Source: Candidatus Calditenuis fumarioli (GTDB taxonomy: Archaea; Thermoproteota; Nitrososphaeria_A; Caldarchaeales; Calditenuaceae). Taken from it: a stretch of 64,000 nucleotides of DNA. The translations under genes and the position numbers were made by a program. Location: the NCBI GenBank assembly GCA_030059665.1, contig JANVYR010000001.1, forward strand, positions 736,001-800,000, in the 5' to 3' direction. This document shows, piece by piece, positions 20,912 to 28,861 of the stretch. How positions within the stretch are numbered: the first letter of the stretch is position 1; every line of letters begins with the position of its first letter. The notes below the pieces were generated by a model. That model was not told the origin of the DNA, ran no database searches, and worked only from the letters and a program-made list of their open reading frames with translations.

Positions 20912-21694
20912 TTGTCCAGAAAGTTCTACGCCGACGTCCACTGGAGGAAGGACCACGTGGTCGTAGCAGACGGGATCGTTAAGAGGTTCAGGAAGCTCGG
21001 CGACATACCCGCACAGGCCGGAGACGAGCTGTACGTGGATGCGATGCTACCGAGCAGATTTCAGGAGTTCGAGGAGTTGCTGAACAGAGGTGTCCGGGTA
21101 TTCTACCTGAGGAGGACCGACGTCTTGGAGAAGTACAGGGAGAAGAAGAGCGATGAGGACGACGCCAGGGCGCTGATGAGAATACCACAACACCTCTTCA
21201 GGGAGCTCATAGGAAAGGAGCTGGAGGTCAGAAGGCTTCTGCACAAATACACGACGACGAAATCGCACCTGGAACTTGTAAAGCAACTGTCACGCGAGGC
21301 GGATGATGAGGAGACCAGGGCACACTACAGACATCTCATCAATCACCTGAGGAGGCGGAAATACAAACTGGCTAAAGAGATAGACGCGTTGGCTAGAAAC
21401 TTCCTTCCGGTCCAACAGATAGCATGGAAACTTGGAATCATTTCAAACAATTGCCTCTTCGGCAGGGTAGCTCTGGTTCAGCTGCTGTTGTACGTGGACT
21501 TCAGCTTAGGGCTGAGAAAGATATTGACCTATACCGGTAACTACTATCCTAACGACGGAAGGTACAGCAGAACTCTAAAGGATGCAACCGAATCGCTGAC
21601 AATCAGCGTCAAGAGAAGGCAGAAGATCAAGGGAAAAGAGGTGAGAGAGGTCCTGAAAACCATAAAGAACGTGCTGAAGGCGATGAAGAGGTGA
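20912..21694 (+). CDS. Compact IS110-family-like transposase (about 260 aa)
   Basis: RuvC-like acidic residues FYADVH, LYVDA and KSDEDDARAL; coiled-coil middle; shortened C-terminal domain. TTG start at 20912 follows GGAGG elements. Confidence 0.65.
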   Translation: MSRKFYADVHWRKDHVVVADGIVKRFRKLGDIPAQAGDELYVDAMLPSRFQEFEELLNRGVRVFYLRRTDVLEKYREKKSDEDDARALMRIPQHLFRELIGKELEVRRLLHKYTTTKSHLELVKQLSREADDEETRAHYRHLINHLRRRKYKLAKEIDALARNFLPVQQIAWKLGIISNNCLFGRVALVQLLLYVDFSLGLRKILTYTGNYYPNDGRYSRTLKDATESLTISVKRRQKIKGKEVREVLKTIKNVLKAMKR

Positions 21695-21698
21695 GAAC

Positions 21699-21811
21699 GG
21701 GGGAAAGAGCCGGATGGGGACCTGGGCAATAGAGCACCGAATGCAGACCTACCGAAAGGGGGGATGAAGCAATTACCAAGCCAATGCTCTAGGTTCTCAT
21801 TCCGGCTCCCC
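21699..21811 (+). ncRNA. Candidate structured ncRNA downstream of the IS110-like transposase
   Basis: GAGCCGGA (21707-14)/TCCGGCTC (21801-08), TGGGGACCT/AGGTTCTCA (two G-U pairs) and AGAGCA/TGCTCT form a long interrupted stem enclosing a GAAA hairpin. Confidence 0.5.
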
Positions 21812-21837
21812 TAGACGGCATACGGCTGGCGATCTAA

Positions 21838-21856
21838 CCCCTCCCCTCTCTTTTTC
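21838..21856 (+). terminator. Pyrimidine/oligo-T tract, likely archaeal terminator
   Basis: CCCCTCCCCTCTCTTTTTC follows the structured region. Confidence 0.4.
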
Positions 21857-21884
21857 AATGCCCTCTTCTCACGTTAATTACAGG

Positions 21885-21891
21885 TTTAAAT
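21885..21891 (+). promoter_or_regulatory. TATA box of tRNA-Thr
   Basis: TTTAAAT about 25-30 nt upstream of the tRNA 5' end. Confidence 0.55.
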
Positions 21892-21915
21892 GTAGAGTTC
21901 ACGGAATTCCGCTTA

Positions 21916-22013
21916 GCCCCGGTAGCTCAGGTGGCGGAGAATTGGGAGAACCCCCAATCTGAATCACCGGCTTGGTAAGCCGGGGGTCGCGGGTTCAAGT
22001 CCCGCCCGGGGCT
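21916..22013 (+). tRNA. tRNA-Thr(GGU) with a 25-nt intron at position 24/25 (21940-21964); CCA not encoded
   Basis: GCCCCGG/CCGGGGC acceptor stem, CCGGC-TT-GGT-AA-GCCGG anticodon arm, GCGGG-TTCAAGT-CCCGC T arm. Removing 21940-21964 restores the GCTC/GAGC D stem. Confidence 0.88.
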
Positions 22014-22450
22014 CACCTGGCTTAATTGGGACGTTCTCAGACGGAATTGGGCGAGCCGTCCGGGAGGACTCGACAGAAACCCAGGCGTTAGGAGATGCCC
22101 AAACAGCACACGGCCTAACGTTGGAATACGCTCAAACGGTCCCGATGTGGACTGGGCCTTCGTGGAGATGGTGATGCTCCAGAACTATAGCTGCAGGTGG
22201 GCAAGGGAGTGCCTGCGCCTCATGAGGCGCTACGCTCATTCCCTGTGCTCAGGCGATGCCTCATCCCTCTTGACGCTCGGTCCCCACGAATGGCTCGAGG
22301 CGATGAAGGCGCGCGGCATGCTCTCGAGGGTCTAGGGCTCCGAGTGAGTGGAGAGCGATCAGAGAGGCTTATGGGCTCAAGTGGAGCCTAGGCGAATGCG
22401 CATCACCTCCGATGCTCTCTGGAGGAGCATATTCGAGCCTTCTGTCCGAT
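21979..22450 (+). pseudogene. SSV-type split tyrosine integrase C-fragment, inactivated
   Basis: Frame is open from the anticodon loop through the tRNA 3' half (GGRGFKSRPG) into VDWAF...YSCRWARECLRLMRRYAHSLCSGDASSLL...AMKARGMLSRV*. After a frameshift it reads EWRAIREAYGLKWS. These resemble archaeal integrase N-proximal motifs as I recall them; the catalytic domain is absent. Confidence 0.7.
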
Positions 22451-22521
22451 GCGCACAGGGTCTGAAAGCCCTTGAGGAGGGCAGGGAAGCGCGCTCCCCT
22501 CAAACATAGGCCTCGGTTGAT

Positions 22522-23259
22522 GTGTTGATGGACCAGGGTCTTATTACGACCTTTGCTGGTATCAGTAGGTGTCTCGTTGTGGCGAGGGGTCTCCGGCTCA
22601 GACTCGACCGGAAGGACGTTGAGATTTTGAGGGCGCTCCAAGAAGACGCAAGGATTCCCCTCAAAGAGCTGGCCCTCAAAGTCGGTCTCAGCATACCATC
22701 TATAAGGAACAGGATCGATAAGTTGTTGGAACTAGGAGTCATAAAGAAGTTCACCGTTGTTATAGATTCCTCCAGGATCGCCGAGAGGGTCAGGGCGCTG
22801 ATATTGTGTAAGGTCCCGACAGATCGTCTCAAGGGATTAGGGGAGAAGCTCAGTAAGCTTGACTCCGTGAGGGAGCTACACGTGCTTGCCGGCTCGTATA
22901 ACATGGTGTTGAAGGCGGAATTCAGAGACTTCGAGGAGGTGATGAGGTTCGTCCATGAGAGGTTACCAGGAACTCTAGACATGGAGGTTCTGATAATTTC
23001 AGGCACCTATAAGGAGGAGTATGGAGGAAACGTCTACCCTGACGAGGCCATCAGGATGAGGTGTGACTTCTGCCACTCACTTATCGTCGAGAAACCGGTC
23101 GTGAGGGAGATAGGAGGAGGCAGGTACTATTTCTCCAGTGAGGAGTGCGCCGAGGCCTTCGAGCGGAGGTTGAGGGGCGAGGAGAAGGAGGTACCCTGGT
23201 GGGAGAAGCAGTCCCAAGAACCTTCAAGAACCCGTAGGAGGCGGAAGGGAGGCGGATAG
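22522..23259 (+). CDS. Lrp/AsnC-family regulator with C-terminal TRASH/YHS metal-binding domain (CopR/CopT-like)
   Basis: LDRKDVEILRALQEDARIPLKELA HTH, AsnC ligand domain, CDFC...YYFSSEEC. The true start may be somewhat downstream. Confidence 0.85.
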   Translation: MLMDQGLITTFAGISRCLVVARGLRLRLDRKDVEILRALQEDARIPLKELALKVGLSIPSIRNRIDKLLELGVIKKFTVVIDSSRIAERVRALILCKVPTDRLKGLGEKLSKLDSVRELHVLAGSYNMVLKAEFRDFEEVMRFVHERLPGTLDMEVLIISGTYKEEYGGNVYPDEAIRMRCDFCHSLIVEKPVVREIGGGRYYFSSEECAEAFERRLRGEEKEVPWWEKQSQEPSRTRRRRKGGG

Positions 23260-23973
23260 AAGCGCCTGAGTAATCGGCCCATCGCTCCTTAACCTCACGA
23301 TTCCCTCCGAGTCTATGACGAACGTGGTGTCGACGTATGCGATCCTCCATTCTCTGGCCAACTCGCCGCTCTCGTCCAGGACCAGATGCCATCGCCTGTC
23401 TCCCCACTGAGAAACGAATGAGGTCAGAACGTCGGCGTCTTCCGGCGGCGGTACTCCTGGACGTCCCTCAAGTCCAGCCATCTTCAACACCTGCCTCGTC
23501 CAGAGGTCCACCACAATTACGACCACTCTATCTCCCTTCTCCTTGACGACCTCCTTAATCGCCGGACCGACCGAAGCGCAGCTGGGGCACCAAGCGGCCA
23601 TGAACCAAACCACGACGAACTTCCCCCTGAGCTCCGAGAGCCTCATCGTCCTGCCATCGATGGTCCTGAAGGTGGAGTCCGGCGCCCTCATGCCTTCGTA
23701 TGGGCCTACCTTCGAGTCCGCTGCGGTCCGTTGGGTCTCGGTCGTCACGCTCCTTTCTGCTAACCTAGTGGGAAGTCCGCTTTGGCGTCCAGCGTCCCAA
23801 CTCCCAAAGAGGGCCAAGAACGCAATAACCCCTATGAGGAGAAGGCAACACGCTAAGAAGGTTGCTACCTGCCAGCTTCGCCTTCCGCTACCTTCCTTGA
23901 AAGCTGTTGACCTCTTAGCTCTCTTTACGTTGGATGAACTGGAGGTTCGCCCTCCACCACAGCACGTAGCCAC
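23224..23973 (-). CDS. Membrane-anchored TlpA/ResA-like thioredoxin-fold protein with N-terminal CCGGG
   Basis: MATCCGGG, one TM helix, FMAAWCPSC active-site motif, TTFVIDSEG. Confidence 0.8.
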   Translation of the reverse strand: MATCCGGGRTSSSSNVKRAKRSTAFKEGSGRRSWQVATFLACCLLLIGVIAFLALFGSWDAGRQSGLPTRLAERSVTTETQRTAADSKVGPYEGMRAPDSTFRTIDGRTMRLSELRGKFVVVWFMAAWCPSCASVGPAIKEVVKEKGDRVVVIVVDLWTRQVLKMAGLEGRPGVPPPEDADVLTSFVSQWGDRRWHLVLDESGELAREWRIAYVDTTFVIDSEGIVRLRSDGPITQALLSASLPPPTGS

Positions 23974-23985
23974 GGCTCCCCACCT

Positions 23986-24627
23986 TCAGCAGCAGGCGGG
24001 TGTAGAAGACAACTCGAACCTCAGCTTCCTGTTAGCTTTCCCCATCGAACTCCTGGCCCATCTCCTGTAAAGCGACCAGTGATTGAGCCATAACAGCGCC
24101 ACAGAGAGGACGACCAAGAGCTTACCGTATGTGCTAATCGAGCCCGCGATTAAGGGCAATGCGCCAGCCGACAGTAAGACCGCGAACACCAATCCACCGC
24201 CGCAACAGGAGAAGACGCTGAAGGCTGCCGGGAGCGCCGAGACGAAGACCGAGACGGACCTAGTGAGCGCCGTCCTCCTCGGACAACTCGTGACACCTCT
24301 GTGATAGATGTAGTAGAGAGATGATGCGTTGAGGCCCACGAGGGACGAGAGCACCAAAGTTGACAGGAAGGCCTCGAGGTTCACAGAGAGCGTCCAATAT
24401 CTATCAATGTAAGCTATGAGCCAGGGGACTTGTCCGATGGGACCTCTTGTTATAAGAGTGATCTGTGGCACTGATATATACGATGGAATAGGTTGCGGGT
24501 TCCGAAATACCACTCCTATCGCGAACGCGTAGACCAACGCGAATATGACAGCTGACATTACCCCTGTGTTCCTAGCTCTCTTGTCAGACATCAATGCTCT
24601 GACGAATCCCTTGTACGTCATCCTCAT
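23986..24627 (-). CDS. Multi-TM membrane protein with vicinal Cys motifs; candidate metal (Hg) transporter
   Basis: About four TM segments, internal FSCCGGG, C-terminal TPACC; divergent from merA. Confidence 0.65.
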   Translation of the reverse strand: MRMTYKGFVRALMSDKRARNTGVMSAVIFALVYAFAIGVVFRNPQPIPSYISVPQITLITRGPIGQVPWLIAYIDRYWTLSVNLEAFLSTLVLSSLVGLNASSLYYIYHRGVTSCPRRTALTRSVSVFVSALPAAFSVFSCCGGGLVFAVLLSAGALPLIAGSISTYGKLLVVLSVALLWLNHWSLYRRWARSSMGKANRKLRFELSSTPACC

Positions 24628-24812
24628 AACGTCCCCTTCTATATCCCGACTAAAGCCTTGTCGTTTAATCTTTCGAAGCTTCACGCCCTTTGGGATCTCG
24701 TCGAAGCGATTGTTTTCGGGACATCAGCCTCAAAACCTGAAGGTAGAGCTGTAGAGCGCTTAAACGATTTACAGGAACGCACTAAATGTTATGAGGCTTT
24801 AACCGTGTAGTG

Positions 24813-26234
24813 ATGGCAAGGGAGTACGACTTCGTGATAATAGGTGGAGGTGCTGCTGGCTTTGCGTGCGCCGTCAAGCTCTCAGAGCTCGGCAAGGGGA
24901 GGTTGAGGGTAGCTATGGTCAACGATGGAAAACTGGGTGGAACGTGCGTTAACGTGGGATGCGTCCCATCGAAGGCCCTTATAGAGGCAGCTAAGGCGGC
25001 CTATGGGACATCGTGGTCTAAGATTCCCGGAATAAGAAAGGAGGTGGAGATCGGGTTCGGCGATGTGATGAACTGGGTCAGGCGAATTATAGCAGACCTG
25101 AGGAGGGAGAAGTACGAATCGCTCGTTGAGAGGTTGAACGGCGTTGAGCTGATCGAGGGACGGGCCTCGTTCCGAAAGGACGGGACTGTGACCGTTGAGG
25201 CGGACGATGAGGTGTTACTCGTCAAAGGACGGAAGTACTTGGTGGCCACTGGCTCAAGACCCGCCATCCCCCCGATAGAAGGTCTGAGGGAGGTGGGTTA
25301 CATGACGAGCGACGACGTGTGGGAGATGAGGGAGAAGCCTGACAGCCTGATGGTCATAGGGGCGGGTGCAGTGGGAGTTGAGATAGGTCAAGCGATGAAC
25401 CGTCTTGGCGTTCAGGTGTCAATGGTCGAGGTCCTCGACAGGGTCCTCCCCGGCATGGAGCCCGAGATCTCCCGCGTCATAACGGAAGTGCTCGGGGAAG
25501 AAGGGATCAGGGTCTTCACGAAGACGAGGGTCGTGAGGGTAACGAGAAAGGGTGAGAGGAAGGTCGTCGAGCTGGTTACCGGTGAGGGAAGGAAGGTCGA
25601 GGAGGTCGATCAGATCCTGGTCGCAACGGGAAGGCGGCCCAATACGGACGGGCTCAATCTGGAATCGCTGGGTGTACGGATCGACAGAAGAGGGTTCGTG
25701 GAGACCGATAGCACGATGCGGACTTCCAACCCTCAGATCTACGCAGCAGGAGACGTCGTCTCGAAGAGGTGGATGCTGGAGACGCTGGCTGCAAGGGAGG
25801 GTGTGGTCGCAGCCCTCAACATGTACGGTGAGAGAGCCGAGATGGACTACACCGGAGTTCCCCTCGTGGTCTTCACGGAGCCCCAAGTGGCTTCCATCGG
25901 CCTCACCGAGGAGGAAGCAGTTAAGGAGCTCGGAGGGTGCTCGTGCAGGACCCTAGATGTGAGCGAACTTCCCAAGGCCAGGATAACAGGTCAGAGAGCA
26001 GGCATCGCGAAGGTCGTAGTCGACCCATCAACCGGCAGAGTAATAGGTTATCATATAGTGTCCCCCAATGCCGCTGAGTTCGCATTGGCTGCTTCGCTGT
26101 TCGTGAGACTTGGATTCACGGTAGAGGACGTTCTATGGACACATTCCGTCTTCCCGACCTTCTCCGAATCTCTGAAGTTAGTTGCAACGAAGTTCATCAG
26201 AGCACCAGAACTAATGCCATGTTGCATGGAATGA
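24813..26234 (+). CDS. merA: Mercuric reductase (core MerA, no N-terminal NmerA domain)
   Basis: GGTCVNVGCVPSK redox pair, GAGAVG NAD(P) motif, IYAAGD, VFPTFSE, C-terminal vicinal PCCME. Confidence 0.9.
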   Translation: MAREYDFVIIGGGAAGFACAVKLSELGKGRLRVAMVNDGKLGGTCVNVGCVPSKALIEAAKAAYGTSWSKIPGIRKEVEIGFGDVMNWVRRIIADLRREKYESLVERLNGVELIEGRASFRKDGTVTVEADDEVLLVKGRKYLVATGSRPAIPPIEGLREVGYMTSDDVWEMREKPDSLMVIGAGAVGVEIGQAMNRLGVQVSMVEVLDRVLPGMEPEISRVITEVLGEEGIRVFTKTRVVRVTRKGERKVVELVTGEGRKVEEVDQILVATGRRPNTDGLNLESLGVRIDRRGFVETDSTMRTSNPQIYAAGDVVSKRWMLETLAAREGVVAALNMYGERAEMDYTGVPLVVFTEPQVASIGLTEEEAVKELGGCSCRTLDVSELPKARITGQRAGIAKVVVDPSTGRVIGYHIVSPNAAEFALAASLFVRLGFTVEDVLWTHSVFPTFSESLKLVATKFIRAPELMPCCME

Positions 26235-26719
26235 ATTGGAACACAATTGATAAAATTTATCTTACAAGACTATATTTATACCTCAATTCTAAGTATCCGT
26301 TCTCTTTTCTTATCGTGTGTATTTTTGTAATTTTCCCACCATTACTCGCATTATCTGCAGCAAAATTTATGCAAATAACAATGCTTGTGGTTCTATAGTC
26401 CATGTTCTATAGTGAACGCTTAACCCTTCTTAGGGTCAGTATCCGGTTAAAAGACAGATATGTAAGTTAATTGGCGCGATTCGGCAGTAGAGGTCTCATC
26501 CTAAATTATTCAGCTTCTACTCCACAGTAGACGACAATTTCGGCGAATTCATGATTACAAAGGTTTTTATGCAGCGAGTTGCCTTGCCTCTTTCAGATTC
26601 CATGAGTGAAGGATACTGAAAATCTCTAGAAAGGATGAAAATCATAATGGGTGGTAATTTATAACAAATGGATTTGGATTTTGGCGAGATAAAAAATATG
26701 ACACTAGAGGTTTGGTATC

Positions 26720-27118
26720 CTATGCCTTCCGAATATGTGGAGATGAATTGTGGTGATAACTACCGCGTGAAATCTCTTGAACATCTAATATGCGATATTC
26801 GTGAACCACTCCTGAGGTTGTAACGATCTTACTGTTGAAGATGTTTAGAGAAGTTAGGTCGTTTGGACTTACCTCGCCCTTCTTGAGTATGACTAAGAAA
26901 TGCCCTATATTCTTGTTGACCTGCGAACCTTTCACATATAATATACCTCTCATAGATTTAATACGCGATTCGATGAACTCAACACATTTGCAACATGTCA
27001 CCCCTTCTACAACTAACTTCACGTGTATAACTTCATTCCATTCTTCATCGTATAGCGGTACCGAGTTCTCAACGTCCAATCCTAGATGCTGAGGCCCGCA
27101 GCTAAAACTCTCTGCCAT
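26720..27118 (-). CDS. HMA-domain metallochaperone (MerH/CopZ-like)
   Basis: VEGVTCCKCVEFIESRI variant of GMxCxxC; AT-rich; start uncertain. Confidence 0.6.
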   Translation of the reverse strand: MAESFSCGPQHLGLDVENSVPLYDEEWNEVIHVKLVVEGVTCCKCVEFIESRIKSMRGILYVKGSQVNKNIGHFLVILKKGEVSPNDLTSLNIFNSKIVTTSGVVHEYRILDVQEISRGSYHHNSSPHIRKA

Positions 27119-27176
27119 TTCCTCGCGAAATCGCCCCTAAACTTTTATAAAAAGATTTATTATTTATACTGCATTT

Positions 27177-27590
27177 GGGGGCTTAATTCCCCGACCTTCG
27201 CTCATCTCGTTCTCGTCAAGGGATTTACATATTCTCCTTAGAATTTCCCTTGGACATATACCCAGATGCTGGCAGGTCTGTATTCCTTCCTGACAGGGAG
27301 AGGTGCCTGGCCTACCTCAGGAGGGTCAGGTTCAAGGGAAATCTCAAATGCGTCTACTGCGGTTCATCCGAGGTCAGGAAGGACGGAAGGGACAAGAACG
27401 GATACCAAGTCTATGAATGCAATTCATGCTCATTCCTCAAGTCATTCCTATCGAGGTTAAGAAGCGTAAGTAAGAGTTACCTACAGGGATACCTGTCGTT
27501 CCTAGCGCTATTAATTAACAAGGTGGTTTAGTATACTGCTATCCCTTACGATGCCTGGGTGAGCGCGACCTTTTCCACCTCATGAGCCCC
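27177..27590 (+). mobile_element. Internally deleted IS1595-like element (non-autonomous)
   Basis: ORF 27250-27531 joins an N-terminal zinc ribbon (CVYCGS...YECNSC) directly to the C-terminal SVSKSYLQGYL motif, with no DDE core. Imperfect terminal IRs GGGGCT(T/C)A; no TSD seen. Confidence 0.6.
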
Positions 27591-27783
27591 AATTTCCGGA
27601 AATTTTTGACGGAGCCTTCGCGATTTCTCGCGACTTGCTTCTCGATGAAAATTACTACTTAAATCTTACCAGAAAGTTTATGTAAAAGTTTTTCTTCAAT
27701 CGGAGAAGCTTTCCCTAAAAATCGCTTCTGCTACGCCAGGATGGTCGTCTCCAGCATGCAAATGACCACGACCTCCACTTATA

Positions 27784-28104
27784 TTACTCTGCAAAGCTTG
27801 TACCAAAATTGAAGCCAATGCCAAGTACCCTACAAATCTCTTCGACCTCTTTCTGCAATTTCCTAACACCCTCCCTGTGCAGTCTCGACCTCTCTTCACC
27901 TGCTACATCATCTGAGATCACGTCGCTGCAGAACCGATAACAGCCTACGGACTCGTCATAATAACCGAACCATATCAGACTACCGTCTATCACCTTTTCA
28001 AATTGAAGTAGTGGCAATTGACTGCTAATGGACCAGCCACGCGCTATCAACTCCTTAAGCAGACTCGCCGCCTTCTCGCGTGGTATGTATACTGCGATCC
28101 CCAA
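27784..28104 (-). CDS. Hypothetical protein, last gene of the sulfate assimilation operon
   Basis: 106 aa; starts 1 nt after the cobA stop. Confidence 0.6.
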   Translation of the reverse strand: MGIAVYIPREKAASLLKELIARGWSISSQLPLLQFEKVIDGSLIWFGYYDESVGCYRFCSDVISDDVAGEERSRLHREGVRKLQKEVEEICRVLGIGFNFGTSFAE

Positions 28105-28105
28105 T

Positions 28106-28861
28106 TCACCGCACCTCTACCGCGACGGCCGATCTCGAATGTAGAGTCTTGCCCACCGTGACTACGTCGCCTATGATCAGGAGGGACGGAGAGCTCGAGT
28201 CGAGGTGGCCAGCAGCGTCGACGAGAGACCTGACATCTGTGAAGACTAGCCTTTGCCCATAGGTCGTTGCATTGGATACGATCGCTGCAGGCTTGTCTCC
28301 TAACCCTATCCCCTCCAATTGTAACTGGAGCTCGCGGGCCTTCGTCAACCACATCATGACGATCAAAGTATCCGCTGCACTGGCCAACCTACGTATATCG
28401 GTTACCCCTCCACCCATACTACTTCCCGACGTGATGCCTATCGAGGACGAGAGGCCCCTGAGCGTCAAAGGTATCAATGCGGCAGCCGGTGCGGCCGTAA
28501 CGGAAGAGACACCGGGAACGACTTCTAGGTCAATACCGCGGGAGCTGAGGTAAAGCATCTCCTCACCGGTCCTGCCGAAAATTAGAGGGTCGCCACCCTT
28601 CAACCTGACGACCTTCTTCCCCTCGAGCGCTTTCTCAGCTATGATCCTGTTGACTTCTGCTTGCCTCCAGGACTCGCCCCTCTCCTTTCCGGCGTATATC
28701 AACTCTGCGTCTCTACAAAACCTGAGGATGTTGGGATCGACTAACCTGTCGTAAATTACTACGTCGGCCTCAGACAGCAGTCTCGAGGCCTTTAGCGTGA
28801 GCAGCTCAGGGTCACCAGGTCCAGCGCCGACGATGTAGACTTTACCTGCTCCCATCCCCAA
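28106..28861 (-). CDS. cobA: Uroporphyrinogen-III C-methyltransferase (SUMT)
   Basis: VYIVGAGPGDPELLT, RLKGGDPLIFGR, VPGVSS. Confidence 0.93.
   Translation of the reverse strand: MGMGAGKVYIVGAGPGDPELLTLKASRLLSEADVVIYDRLVDPNILRFCRDAELIYAGKERGESWRQAEVNRIIAEKALEGKKVVRLKGGDPLIFGRTGEEMLYLSSRGIDLEVVPGVSSVTAAPAAALIPLTLRGLSSSIGITSGSSMGGGVTDIRRLASAADTLIVMMWLTKARELQLQLEGIGLGDKPAAIVSNATTYGQRLVFTDVRSLVDAAGHLDSSSPSLLIIGDVVTVGKTLHSRSAVAVEVR

Larger units (their letters stand above)
9832..21915. mobile_element. Degenerate integrated element/genomic island between the tRNA-Thr 5' half and the complete tRNA-Thr
   Basis: Bounded by tRNA-derived repeats; contains AT-richer cox cargo, pseudogene debris, a HerA/VirB4-like ATPase and an IS. 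No intact integrase was seen. Confidence 0.65.

Noticed and set aside
21927-22109. Minus-strand ORF containing RDLNPRPPAYQ
   Set aside because: It is just the antisense reading of the tRNA; the integrase-like frame is on the plus strand.
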